Source: Obrimoposthia wandeli
Taxonomy: Eukaryota
DNA length: 64,000 nt
Assembly (NCBI GenBank): GCA_977020255.1
Contig: CDROCS010006380.1
Span: forward strand, 124,001-188,000
Direction of reading: 5' to 3'
This document shows, in pieces, positions 30,301 to 39,967 of the stretch; position 1 is the first letter of the stretch, and the number at the start of each line of letters is the position of its first letter. Under the pieces are notes generated by a model. That model made no database searches and had not been told where the DNA came from. It saw nothing but the letters and a program-made list of their open reading frames with translations. The translations under genes and the position numbers were made by a program.

Positions 30301-33300
30301 AGTGAAACCAGCACTGTTTGGAGTATTACTGTATATATCTTTTATCTAAAGGTTGTATTAACATGCGGTCTTCATTAAAAGATATCTAATGTGTGTATGT
30401 TCTTTTATGTATAAGTGTGTGTACTCCCACAAGCTTAACTCGTGTATGTCTGAGTATGTATACTGCCTCTAGGTTATTTCTATGTATGAAACACAGGAAC
30501 TATTTATTATAAAGACATTATAAATACTTTTTTAAAAAATAGATCAATTTTATAATTAGATTATTTAAACAAAATTAATTTAATTAAAATAATGTATAAT
30601 ATAAATTTAATTAGATCAATCTATTTAGGTTAATATATATCATGTGTATTTTATTTAATTCGAAATATTATTATATTATCTATTGTTAATTAAAAAAAAA
30701 TGTTTTACTGCATCAATAAAGTTTATTAATCCGGAAGAGTATATAAGATAAATATTTTAGTTTAATTCATTATTTTGAAAATGGAAGCGTTACGTGAAAC
30801 TTTATTGAAGCAACTAATGGAGAGCGAGTACACACTAGGTGATAAATGTTATCTCGCGGATGGCTTGATGCTCCGGGAGGCTCTGGAAGTAGAAGAGATC
30901 CCGGGCGTCATTGGCTGGTCATCAAATGGTCAGCCACTCATCATGCCTAATGATAACTGGCGATGAGGTTCTTGAATGCATACACACATGAGAACGAACC
31001 TAAAGTCTTCATTAGGGCTACATAAAACTGGGATTGGAGAGAAAGGGAAAAAACTCTAACTTTTAGTTAGAGTTTTAAATGTTATATATAACATTATTTT
31101 TATAAACTTAAGCTACTTAGTATTAAAAGTAGCTAAACGTACTAAATAGTGATAAAAAATAAATTTCCTAAATTTAATTAAACTATCTACTCATAAAAAT
31201 AAGTATTATATTATTTACTAAATATATTTAAAGATTTTTTCTTATACGTGTGTGTGTAACAAAGGTGGTCATATATAATGCAAAAACTTGACACTTTATG
31301 TAATTACTAATCAAGTATTATATAATTTCTAAATAAAGATTTTTAACTACTTAAAAGTTAATTTTTTTATTGAGATCAATGTATCTAAGTAACAAACGTA
31401 TATAGTAACAAAGATGATCACGTACTACGTCTATATTGTAAAAACTTCCAACTTTATATAATTACAGTCTTTTTAGCGAAATATTTTGTACCAATATATG
31501 AGTAGGGTGATGTGATAACTTCGACTCAAAGAAAAAGTCTCCCTAGCAAAAACTATAAAAAATTGGCACAAATTTCAAAACAAAAATTTTAATGACAACG
31601 TCAAATGAAGGTCAAGGTCATTATGTGTGTCAAATTTCTCCTGAGTACACATGATATTTTTAGGTCAAGGTCATTTGAAGGTCATGATGTACTATAGTAC
31701 GTATATTTTCAGCTAAGCTTTGTTTGAATGCATCAATTTTGATTGGCGCATATTCAAATTTCGGTTGATTTAGAGTGTTTTCAGTCGATTTCTGAGGGTC
31801 ATTCTAAATTAAGGTTATTATTTTTAAAATGGCATATGACTTTAAAGTCAAAGTCATGACCTACTATTTAAAAAAGTTCTTTTGTTTTAATACATAAATT
31901 TTGCTGCGCGCAAATTCAAAACTTTTGCGCTCGAAAGCATATTTTCTGAGATTTTTTTTGTAAAACCTATTTAAAAAAATTTCAACTACTTTTATTTGAG
32001 AGTAGAAAAAACTTTATAAATTAATAAACTGAATTTTTTATTTTTAAAACTTATTTTGTGTAATTGAATCTACTTCTATTTGTGAGTAGAAAAGGTTTTT
32101 GTAATCTTAAGGTATTTATTACACATAACTTGCAAAAGTACATTTTTAAACCTATTAGTTAATTAAAACAGTATTGAGAGTTAAAGAGAGATAGTATAGA
32201 ATCATTTTTTATTAAATATACCTTCATTATCTTACATTGTTATCATATACCATCATACGTTCTTCATTATCTCTTCCCAATATCATAATCTTCATTACCC
32301 CAATCCCTCATAATCTTCATTATCACAATCCTTCTTCTCGTCAATGCAATCCTTCAGCTCCATGTTGTCCTCGTCATAATCCAGCATATAATCTTCATTT
32401 CATCAATACAATCCTTCATCGCAATCACTCATTTTATCATCATCTTCATTATTGCAATCCGTCATCTTTCATCTTATCTTCATCTCATCATTGCAATCCT
32501 TTATTATAATCCCTCATCTTGTCTTCATCGCAATCCAGCATATAATCTTCATCTTCTTCATCATCCTCATCTAAAAATAATTATTTACAAAATAATTATT
32601 AAAAACTTGCCTACAATCTGAAATCAATTCATTATTAATAAAAATTAATCACCATATTGAATTTTCAAATTTATTTTTGATTATTTTAAAAATTAATTAT
32701 TTAAAACAAATTCAATTACTTTTAAAATGAATTATATGTTTTTATTAGTTACTTAAATTACTGTTATAAATAATATAATTTGAAATATTTATTTAATCAT
32801 TAATTATAATAGTCAATACATTTTAAAATATACAGAGAAATATATATATATATTATGTATTGATTCATATATGTTCAGAGAGGGAATTTAAGGTGTTTAT
32901 AGAAGAGAATTCCCTGAGATGGGTTATTTAGTGATATTAAGATGGTTTAGAGGGAATATTAATGTTTATTACAAATGTTTTAGAGGAAATTAATAAGTGT
33001 GTATGATGTTTATCATATTTGCTGATTTAGAATAAGGAAATGTATAGAGAAGAAATAAATATAATGTATATGGGATTTGTAATATTAGATGGTTTGGAAG
33101 ACAAATTAACTAGATGTTCATGCCATTTATGATATTTAGATGATTCTAAAAGAATAAGCATAAAACCATCTTAGAAGAAATTTACGAGGTGTTCAGGAAA
33201 TTTGTGTTATATTACGAGGTGTTCAGGAAATTTATGATATTACAAAGATTTAACAGGGTGCTGGATTTCAGAAGAGAAATTAGAGGGTTTTAGAAGCAAA

Positions 33301-36300
33301 TTCAAGCATAGATATTAATAACTTAGATGGACTTTAGAATGGAAATATCATAGAAGACAAAGTGTTGGTTCAGAGGTGATGTTAGCCAGATGGTTCTGGA
33401 AGACAAATTTAAGATATTTTCTTGGTTACGAAGTAATTTCAGAAAATGTATAATGTTTAGAGGATATGGGAAACGGAAATTTGTGATATTTAAAAGATTT
33501 AACGAGAATATTGCTTTCAGAAGAGATATATATGGTCTTAAAATGGGTTTACAGAGGGATTTATCAGGGGTGTTGATTTCAGAATAGAAAATATAACCTG
33601 TAAAGGGGTTCAGAGAGTGATTTAAGATGTTTAAGAAGAGGAAATGATATAGAAGACAAATTCACGGTTCGGAGGAGATATTACCTAGATACTTCTAGAA
33701 GAGAAATTGATGATACGTATGTGGTTCAGAAGTAAATTCAGGAAATGTATGATATTCAGAAGATATGGGTAATAGAAATTAACAAGGTGTTCAGGAAATT
33801 TATGATATTTAGGTTTAAGCATATATGATTAGTTAATTTTCTTCTACTTTATCCCTCAACCACGAAGTCATCACATCCCCCACTTATATGCATTAGGATT
33901 CGTTTTTAATTGCACTGAATGCTTTATGTAATCCTACAAAAATATCAAGTATACCGTTCCCTTTCTGTATATCTGCAATATAATCCATATTCTTTTTCAA
34001 TTTTAGAGCATTCGTATTAACTCGACCAAACCATCTACTTAAAAGATTCCCTACTATAAAAGAAACACTCCCACCCTGCATTGTTTTCTTTTATCCTTTT
34101 TAGTCATTTTAGACTTTAATGATTTAGTAGCTTTTTTACTCATTTTCATATTAAATATTATTAAATTATTACTATTGTTTATATAAAAAATAATAAAACT
34201 AAAGTTACGAAAATTTATTAATTAACTCTGACTGCCTCAATTATTTTCCATATCGATGTTTCCAATCCACTGGGTCCGATCTTGCATCCTTGAATTCTGA
34301 TGATCCATTCTAATTTAGAAGGAGGTCCGTCGAATATTGATCCATTATCCTACTTAAAAGTAAGATTTGATCCCGAATTGATATGAAGATAATATTGATT
34401 CTCTCTTTATCCACGGAAGTCAAATTTAATACTTGAAAATTAAATTTAAGCGGCCGTATGTTGACCGGAAAAATAAAATAATAGTAATTCAAAAGGTGCA
34501 ACTCATATCCATAATATTTATGCATAAGTTGATATAGCTTTTCAAAATTCATATATGTACAATTATAAGTTTAAATATTCAATTGTTTATCCTCTAAAGC
34601 TAATTTCTAATTGGTTAACAATGTTGTTTATGATAATCGTTTAGTATTAGTCAAATCCTTAAAGAGGGTTCAACGGTTACTCGTGTAGGACTTGTTATTG
34701 TTCGACTCGATGAATTACTATTTTATCTATGATTATTTATATTATACTTCATATTAGCATATAAATTACTACCAGAACCTATATATGTACTTGCTCTATT
34801 TTGATTATTTTGATTCTTCATTTTCAATAAAATTATTATCAAAATATTGTTTATACTGCTTTGTTCTTAGAGACAAAGACATCACATGACATTACTTGGA
34901 AATCGTTGCTAAAATTTGAAATGTTACTAAAAATAGATTTTAACTTACTATATAAGCTGGACATTCCTCATTCTATTTTGTTTTACCTACTAAATTTATT
35001 GCATATTATGTTTCGCAAAATGAAGAACTTAGCATTAGACGTCTTCGTTTTGATAAAATTTCAAGAAGAAATGAAAATATGATATCTGAAGAAAGAAGAT
35101 TATAATTATTACAAGCAAATTTTACTGGTTTAGCGGATAAGAGAGCTTTAGCAAATGCAGTATTTTTTAAACATGATGATTCAAGTGTTAATGTAAAATG
35201 TATATACTGTCTAGGTGCATTATCTGAATAGGAGTGCTATTTTAAACCAATGAAGCAGCTTATGCTATTGTTTCCAAACATGTCCATTCGTTTTGAAAAT
35301 GGATGTATTAAATGTACCATATATTGAACCCAGCATCAAGCTAATTGATTTAAATACAACTCCAATGGATAAAATAGTTATTGTACGCAATAATTATTTT
35401 AATGTTATTGAAATACCTACATTATCAATTTTCCTGCATGTCTATATTTGGAGTGATTCTTATAGATGTTGTTTCTGCCAGAAAGCAGTACCCCGACGTG
35501 AGTTTAATGAGGCTATTTCAGAGAGAATCTCTCATACACAATATGTAAAGCATCTAGTATGGGAATAAATAATGGATGTATTGTTGAATATCATATTAAT
35601 AATGATGAAATTGATGCTCACATGGAAACTCGACAAATCGTTTTGCTGAAACGTGATTATAGTCATGATAGAATCAAATCCGTTTTAGTTAATAAGTTTA
35701 AAACCTTTGGTAAAAATATGATTTTATATATGAGTTTCTAACGGAGTTAGGATCTTTACAAATAAAACTTGAACCAAGTCATGCTATAAATTATCTTGAA
35801 TACATCTTACAAAATCACAAATGTATTGTTTACACGATGGATATGATTTCTGTAGTATATTTTAGTACTTCCTTGCATAGGTTTACTATTCGCATTGTTT
35901 ATACTTGATTCAATCATAATTTAAGAAAATGGACTGTTAAACTTGTTTTAGCTCCGTAAGCAAATGTAATTAATCTTCCAGAATCATTACGTATATTAAC
36001 TTCAATATTGTTTTGGTGAAAACCGCATGTTAATACAATATTTAGATAAAAATAGAAGATGAGTCATGCAATGAGTCACCGAGGAGCCATTGTCTTTGTT
36101 CTCAAAGAACAAAGGACATGAGTAATACAATGAGTGAGTAATGAGTCATTGATGAGTCATGTCTTTGCCTCAAAGAACAAAGAACATGAGTATCGATGAG
36201 TCATGTCGTTGTCTTTATGGCGACTTCATAGTGACCTTGACTGTGACCTCATGAGGTCATGACCTTAAGTTGACTTCATGAGGTCATAACCCCACGGAAG

Positions 36301-38024
36301 GCTTTGTGCCAGAAGTCACATATCTACCTCACATGTGCTGAGTAGTGGTTGTTCTCTTGGCTCTGATTATAACTTCACTCTCATTGCAGCCCTACTTCGG
36401 AGGTGAGGCACGCTGCGATCCAGACCCCATAGCCGGCCCAGAGAATATGGGTGCTCTCCATCACCAGCACAACAATGACGACGACGAAAACGAGCGTTGG
36501 AGGGCCATGGCCAGTGCAGACCCAAGCTCAGAGCTCGTATGTGCAGGCTGCTCTGATGTGGCCAAGGCCAAGAAATGTCCCCGACACAGCACAGACTTCT
36601 TGGAATACAAATGCCGCTACTGTTGCTCCGTGGCGGTTTTCTTCTGCTTTGGGACTACGCACTTCTGTCAAAGATGCCATGACAACCTCGACTTAGTGCT
36701 CAAGAGCAGCTGGCTGCCCCAGTGTCCAGCAGGTTCGTTATGTGACTCTGACTGTTTGACTATGATTGAGGTTGTGACTGTGACTGTGACTGTGACTGTG
36801 GTTGAAACTGTGACTCACTGAGACTGTGACTGTGACTGTGGCTGTGACTGTGACTGTGACTGTGACTGTGGTTGTGACTGTGGTTGTGACTGTGACTGTG
36901 ACTGTGACTGTGGTTGAAACTGTGATGGTGGTTGTGACTGTGATGGTGGTTGTGACTGTGACTGTGACTGTGACTGTGGCTGTGACTGTGACTGTGATGG
37001 TGGTTGTGACTGTGACTGTGACTGTGACTGTGGCTGTGACTGTGACTGTGGTTGAAACTGTGACTGTGGTTGAAACTGTGATGGTGGTTGTGACTGTGAC
37101 TGTGACTGTGGTTGAAACTGTGACTGTGGTTGAAACTGTGATGGTGGTTGTGACTGTGGTTGTGACTGTGGCTGTGACTGTGACTCACTGAGACTGTGAC
37201 TGTGACTGTGACTGTGGTTGAAACTGTGATGGTGGTTGTGACTGTGGTTGTGACTGTGGCTGTGACTGTGACTCACTGAGACTGTGACTGTGACTGTGAC
37301 TGTGGTTGAAACTGTGACTGTGGTTGAAACTGTGATGGTGGTTGTGACTGTGGTTGTGACTGTGGCTGTGACTGTGACTCACTGAGACTGTGACTGTGAC
37401 TGTGACTGTGGTTGAAACTGTGATGGTGGTTGTGACTGTGGTTGTGACTGTGGCTGTGACTGTGACTCACTGAGACTGTGACTGTGACTGTGACTGTGGT
37501 TGAAACTGTGATGGTGGTTGTGACTGTGGTTGTGACTGTGGTTGTGACTGTGACTGTGACTGTGGTTGAAACTGTGATGGTGGTTGTGACTGTGGTTGTG
37601 ACTGTGGCTGTGACTGTGACTCACTGAGACTGTGACTGTGACTGTGACTGTGACTGTGGTTGTGACTGTGACTGTGACTGTGACTGTGACTGTGGCTGTG
37701 ACTGTGACTCACTGAGACTGTGACTGTGACTGTGACTGTGGTTGAAACTGTGATGGTGGTTGTGACTGTGGTTGTGACTGTGACTGTGGCTGTGACTGTG
37801 ACTGTGACGTGACTGTGACTGTGACTGTGGCTGTGACAGTGACTGAGACTGTGACTGTCTGACTGTGGTTGTGACTGTGGCTGTGATTGTAACTACCTTA
37901 TCTGTCAGGCCCCATGCTGGAGCAATTATCTGGTTCAGAATGCCCTCTCCATATACACCATCCTCCTACTGGAGAGGAATTCGCACTAGGATGTGCACTC
38001 TGTCGCAAATTTGACACATTCTAG
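15..38024 (+). CDS. MYCBP2: MYCBP2/PHR (Highwire/RPM-1) RING-Cys-relay E3 ubiquitin ligase, 3' half; 21 exons, 5' part upstream of window
   Basis: Exons 15-341, 1154-1400, 1537-1684, 2000-2212, 2692-2866, 2963-3167, 3305-3391, 5487-5788, 5859-6203, 6587-6755, 7250-7461, 9029-9350, 23081-23505, 23973-24325, 24989-25082, 25143-25393, 25672-26302, 27172-27372, 28200-28382, 36390-36732, 37909-38024. All junctions are GT-AG and phases chain without a break (5349 nt). Family motifs: RVVFAALVWQSGL, DDSTDMFWES, CSNHDD, LKQDGDDMCMVCF, YFGGEARC, LEYKCRYCCSVAVFFCFGTTHFC, ECPLHIHHPPTGEEFALGC. Confidence 0.96.
601..873. repeat. 56-bp minisatellite, about 5 copies
   Basis: Visible tandem array. Confidence 0.95.
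1154..1400 (+). CDS. MYCBP2: MYCBP2 exon (low-conservation region)
   Basis: ttgcAG / GTGAGA; open frame; phase 0 to 1 fits neighbours. Confidence 0.65.
1537..1684 (+). CDS. MYCBP2: MYCBP2 exon (SLLIHKLNQFTRLWDVV)
   Basis: ccttAG / GTTTGT; phase 1 to 2. Confidence 0.7.
2000..2212 (+). CDS. MYCBP2: MYCBP2 exon
   Basis: tacAG / GTACGA; GC-rich open frame; phase 2 to 2. Confidence 0.65.
2371..2638. repeat. 49-bp minisatellite, about 5.5 copies
   Basis: gttcgatatctgagtgggagagcagccacttgcaagtgag... repeated. Confidence 0.95.
2692..2866 (+). CDS. MYCBP2: MYCBP2 exon
   Basis: cgtAG / GTAAAT; phase 2 to 0. Confidence 0.65.
2963..3167 (+). CDS. MYCBP2: MYCBP2 exon (Cys-containing AGSMPCD..CTCWSC)
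   Basis: tctAG / GTGAGC; phase 0 to 1. Confidence 0.7.
3305..3391 (+). CDS. MYCBP2: MYCBP2 exon
   Basis: attAG / GTGAGA; open in the required phase 1 frame (TYYTRSTCLFGLQNSRTKHSFLLWDSRA). Confidence 0.65.
5487..5788 (+). CDS. MYCBP2: MYCBP2 exon (NLNEMKLVLKTNLKSAIYDQYISQ)
   Basis: atcAG / GTAATC; resembles PHR HDLEGLRQAMKQALRKSACRVFAM segment. Confidence 0.8.
5859..6203 (+). CDS. MYCBP2: MYCBP2 exon (AHFWLIENV...YHLLQRLVSL)
   Basis: tatAG / GTGAGC; resembles AFNWLLCNV and FHRLLQTISDL of PHR proteins. Confidence 0.8.
6587..6755 (+). CDS. MYCBP2: MYCBP2 exon, start of DOC domain (KDLTRQFQCSVSS)
   Basis: cattAG / GTTAGT; phase 0 to 1. Confidence 0.85.
7250..7461 (+). CDS. MYCBP2: MYCBP2 exon, DOC/APC10-like domain (DDSTDMFWES)
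   Basis: ctcAG / GTATGT; matches DOC motif DGSTETFWES. Confidence 0.9.
9029..9350 (+). CDS. MYCBP2: MYCBP2 exon, DOC domain end (HSGWL...RVRVRGIRVL...EETLRCF)
   Basis: ttgcAG / GTTAGT; phase 0 to 1. Confidence 0.9.
10770..11269 (+). pseudogene. TBP-fold protein gene of E1 with 39-nt intron (10900-10938) and one frameshift near 11078
   Basis: MKLVNINYKG..VIFPTG|SCRVMGCK...FEPEIFHALSY..PLCVNIFFSGKVMILG; homologous to 58204-58751. Confidence 0.8.
11298..11570 (+). CDS. Small E1 ORF with hydrophobic C-terminus, function unknown
   Basis: 90 aa ORF between TBP-like gene and ATPase; same position as 60151-60435 in E3. Confidence 0.55.
   Translation: MNNTINTDNKVDRLVDKIFSGKIKGKQISSELKNNDITRDNIEILVRSHVIREFRNRTQINKIIAKYSLINFCISSTIALTLYISIRKLL
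11608..12255 (+). CDS. A32/FtsK-like DNA packaging ATPase (E1), intact
   Basis: Walker A GPSGSGKT, Walker B IITDD, ARH motif, FITQ; 215 aa. Confidence 0.95.
   Translation: MELNNNAVFQIVGPSGSGKTHFVCKLLQNESLFKSSFKNIYWHHGGGRESGFTKTEVCKLKGIQFIEEFDANWCERLKKEDVIITDDLYQEANKESDFNNLFTKIARHREVTVIFITQNLFHQVGHHRTRNLNVHYIVLFKNPRDQTVVDFVARQAFPQKKNFLVDSFHDAAKQAHGYIFIDFTQACPDDLRVLTDIFNSKGVTVYKLIENNYKK
12436..12760 (+). pseudogene. Basic core-like protein with C-terminal GG|F site (E1), disrupted
   Basis: RSIPYFKAL..FPSFVVDDLL..HNGGFIGAVIP; homologous to 61125-61553; premature stop at 12631-12633. Confidence 0.75.
12847..13828 (+). pseudogene. Retroviral-like (rve) integrase with chromodomain (E1), disrupted
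   Basis: YILTCIDVFSRF, QTD*, VERFNRTL, QYFVKWHGY; has stops, a frameshift and a deletion before DLMEM. Confidence 0.92.
13831..14873 (+). pseudogene. Minor capsid (penton-like) protein (E1), disrupted
   Basis: MYTVLPCN..WRAALTEF..LYIYTNLLEP..VGG..MYLPV; homologous to 62677-63697. Confidence 0.85.
14868..15203 (+). CDS. pX-like small core protein (E1)
   Basis: YSQSQQGGAFPYFVGKQYGSGWLRTLGRF; QxGG and QxGxG motifs typical of Maverick/adintovirus core proteins. Confidence 0.8.
   Translation: MANPAIIEAYSQSQQGGAFPYFVGKQYGSGWLRTLGRFDFPLLKRLGRFVSKLGKDYLSSKDNKLIPTFKKHVLYELDNVLPEVANLIRKRKSNKSQEVVDLKVKRSKKSI
15240..16040 (+). pseudogene. Major capsid (double jelly-roll/hexon-like) protein (E1), premature stop and 3' truncation
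   Basis: CAKTELCIFDKPLPQ..EYLDLNHTLLYVQIKV..FFEQPKYLISGVNVHLRLKRN; in-frame TGA at 15678-15680; joined to the right terminal region near 16040. Confidence 0.9.
20640..21840. repeat. Tandem duplication of about 604 bp inside E1b
   Basis: ORFs 20674-20910/21278-21514 and 20876-21076/21480-21680 are offset by 604 bp and nearly identical. Confidence 0.92.
21877..22022. other. Assembly gap (146 N)
   Basis: Run of N. Confidence 1.
22023..22790. repeat. 21-bp minisatellite (actttcacccaacacccaccg) in the subterminal region of E1b
   Basis: Directly visible tandem array. Confidence 0.95.
23081..23505 (+). CDS. MYCBP2: MYCBP2 exon (LSGLQRRVLSHI...CFQLLNQILTLSG)
   Basis: tgcAG / GTACGT; resembles LTNLQKQVCAHI...YCFELLSMVLALSG. 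Confidence 0.92.
23973..24325 (+). CDS. MYCBP2: MYCBP2 exon (AGHALHTQVR)
   Basis: cccAG / GTGAGA; resembles IAKALTVQLK. Confidence 0.85.
24360..24965. repeat. 16-bp minisatellite (gatcgaggttgtgcat), intronic
   Basis: Visible tandem array. Confidence 0.95.
24989..25082 (+). CDS. MYCBP2: MYCBP2 exon
   Basis: ttacAG / GTAAGA; phase 2 to 0. Confidence 0.8.
25143..25393 (+). CDS. MYCBP2: MYCBP2 exon
   Basis: ttgcAG / GTGAGC; phase 0 to 2. Confidence 0.8.
25430..25635. repeat. (catcacactg)-type microsatellite, intronic
   Basis: Visible tandem array. Confidence 0.9.
25672..26302 (+). CDS. MYCBP2: MYCBP2 exon, B-box and pre-RING Cys region
   Basis: gacAG / GTGTGT; CSNHDD..CYTC..LCGECDRYLH, CRFCG..C..C..C..HWCSG. 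Confidence 0.93.
27172..27372 (+). CDS. MYCBP2: MYCBP2 exon, RING-H2 domain
   Basis: gtcAG / GTAAGG; DGDDMCMVCFTD..CGHVLHFRC..W..RLSFTF..CPFCK. Confidence 0.96.
27376..27990. repeat. 12-bp purine-rich minisatellite (gaggagggacat) with higher-order duplication, intronic
   Basis: Follows the GTAAGG donor of the RING exon. Confidence 0.92.
28200..28382 (+). CDS. MYCBP2: MYCBP2 exon (EVRRKALLRLEHEG...YYLCYRCKQ)
   Basis: atcAG / GTGAGT; matches DVRRKALMRLEYEG..YYVCYKC. Confidence 0.93.
28711..30331 (-). mobile_element. Tigger/pogo (Tc1-mariner superfamily) transposon with degenerate transposase, nested in E2
   Basis: TIRs cagtaataccccgaacagtgc / gcactgtttggagtattactg, TA TSD; CENP-B-like HTH (LTIENKLDAIK) and DDE_1 motifs (ILLLDNAPGH, FLSPNTT, PIDQG). 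Confidence 0.93.
33893..34552 (-). pseudogene. Degenerate copies of the two left-end E3 ORFs in E2
   Basis: NLLSRWFG..QKGNGILDIFV and MNFEKLYQLMHKYYGYE..LEWIIRIQGCKIGPSGLET match 55866-56686. Confidence 0.8.
34986..35850 (+). pseudogene. IAP pseudogene in E2
   Basis: Colinear with 57139-58140 (TPMDKIVIVRNNY, IWSDSYRCCFCQKAVP, ETRQIVLLKRDYSHDRIK); multiple stops. Confidence 0.88.
36390..36732 (+). CDS. MYCBP2: MYCBP2 exon, tandem-cysteine (TC) catalytic domain
   Basis: ttgcAG / GTTCGT; both relay cysteines present (GGEARC and VFFCFG). Confidence 0.97.
36770..37890. repeat. (GTGACT)n-based compound microsatellite, last MYCBP2 intron
   Basis: Visible tandem array. Confidence 0.96.
37909..38024 (+). 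CDS. MYCBP2: MYCBP2 final coding exon (GPMLEQLSGSECPLHIHHPPTGEEFALGCALCRKFDTF*)
   Basis: gtcAG acceptor; TAG at 38022-38024; canonical PHR C-terminus. Confidence 0.95.
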
Positions 38025-38646
38025 TCGATGTTGCGTGTTGCCTCTAATTGAGCCATTTTGATGTGGTATCTACAAACGATGTTGTTCATTGGCCCCTGAC
38101 TTTGTTTGGTTTAATATTTACTCATTTTATCTTATTGGAATACATTCTCTATCTTCTTTGGTCGCGAGAGTATCCGGTTATCCAATAAAAGAGCACGTCT
38201 GGACCTCAGCTGTTCGTACCCATCAAAGTCGACCCATCATAGATCTGAAGTTTTCAGTAATATTTACCATCATTACACGATATTTATTATTTCAAAAGTG
38301 GACGAAATGAGAAAGTCATCATATATTTAAGTAGTTATTTAACAATTTCAAGCTACTTACAATTTATATTTACAAAATCCTCTTTCAGAAAATTCTTATT
38401 TGGGTTTTTGTGAGAAATTACGAGCTGCGATAGTTCAGTTGAAGAATGCACAACAAGCAAGTTGTAAGCCGCGGTAACCGGTACTAATTTTCTCCTGAAC
38501 CTAATATTATGATGAAGAAGGACAATTGAAGAAAACTGGCGTCTCAATACATTATAAGGATACTGACCGAGGAAAGCTTTGTGTATTTATTCGTAGTTGG
38601 TGAGAGTTTAAAGAATTCCCATTTACGCAAATAAAAACGTTTAGAA

Positions 38647-39967
38647 CAGCGGTTTCAGCCGGTGTGCCCCCACACACTTGTAGGTGTGCTGTGTTCGAAG
38701 AAAAAAGTCATAATTTTGTAAAAAATTATAATGAAAAATATTTGTGAGGAATAACAGTTTGCAATTTTTAGCCTCATACATATTATAGATAAATAGAGAA
38801 AAGACTTTAATATTTTCAATTGAAAGCCACATTTCAGTTGTATAATTGTCCTAAAAAAACAAATTTCGAATAAGATATTTTTTTTAGTATTTTGTGTTTT
38901 GAAAACAACTATTTTTTATATTTAGTTAAATTTAATATATTTTGACCGATTGAAATTTCCTTTAGAAAATTTTAAAGTAACGAAAATATTTTCATATCAA
39001 AATGAAACTATATTTGTTGTTGCTTATCCATTTAAAATTCTCTAAAAATGCCTACTAGATAAATATAATTTTTGCGTCATAAAATTGGTATTATTCGTAA
39101 ATGTCATTTAACAAAAATCACATGGAATAAGAAATCGAAATAATTTACGCTCGAGGTTGTGTTATGTCTAAATAACTATTGCTACTTTTATATCTGTTTT
39201 TTACATGTGACTTAGATATAGAATGATTTCTCGGGAGGAAACGTAAGGTATATGAGTATAATTGCACTGATGAAATGAATGCTTTGCAGGGCAAACTAAT
39301 TTTGTGGGGAGTTAGAATAAAAGAATTGAGAACAAGCTTGAGATGTTCGTTCAGCAAAGTTTGATATTACTGAAAATGAACATTGAAAACTATTTCCCGT
39401 CAATCGATATTTTTCTTTGAACTGGGTGAGTGCGTGCCCACCAGCCGAGTGGACTGTTCCAGAAGAAGAACCGCTAACAGAGGGCTGAAACTTAAGCACA
39501 CAACCATGGATATTGCCTCGTTCTGGTTATCTCTCCGACAGGAACACCCCATCATCACAAATAGGCTATCGAAGCATTCATCCCTTCTCAACATCTGGGT
39601 TCTCAGCAATGAACACCTCGAAGAACAGATACAGGTCGCGCTGCAAACACTGAAAGTGGACATGCGAGTATGCTTGTCCACAACCCGACCCGGACAAAGT
39701 CCATCATGCGACATCGCCAAGCACAAGTTTCCCACTGACTTATATTAAAATTATAAAAATTATTAAAAAATCTTTTTTCTCTTATTATAAAAGGAATTAT
39801 AGAATTAAAATAAAATAAATAGTAAATAAAACTATATGAATTTTCAAAAATAATCCTTTTTTATTCTAAAAGTTCTCCGCAAATAAAACTGCTAGTGGTC
39901 ACTAAACCAGTGCTGTGCCTTGCCTGTTTCAGTTTACGGTGAGCTAAAAAAAGGTTGAAAACTTTCT
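38647..39967 (+). mobile_element. hAT (Buster/Charlie-like) transposon remnant
   Basis: Left end cagcggtttcagccggtgtgcc, right end aaaaaggttgaaaac; C-terminal transposase LKLKH..FWLSLRQEHP..DMRVCLS at 39383-39748. Confidence 0.7.

Larger units (their letters stand above)
28455..36330. mobile_element. Rearranged, internally deleted Maverick derivative E2
   Basis: TIRs of about 250 bp (agtaggtatatgtgtgacttctggcacaaagcc / ggctttgtgccagaagtcacatatctacct); left-end genes homologous to E3; TSD degenerate (only CATG shared). Confidence 0.85.

Noticed and set aside
31500-32100. Possible separate non-autonomous DNA transposon with AAGGTCAAGGTCA motifs inside E2
   Set aside because: Could not define TIRs or a TSD.
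28439-36340. Alternative E2 boundaries CAGCAC...GTGCTG (hAT-like ends)
   Set aside because: No TSD at those positions; the AGTAGG terminus shared with E1, E1b and E3 fits better.
38184-38189. AATAAA as the MYCBP2 polyadenylation signal
   Set aside because: Plausible position, but the hexamer is common in AT-rich DNA and cannot be supported without transcripts.
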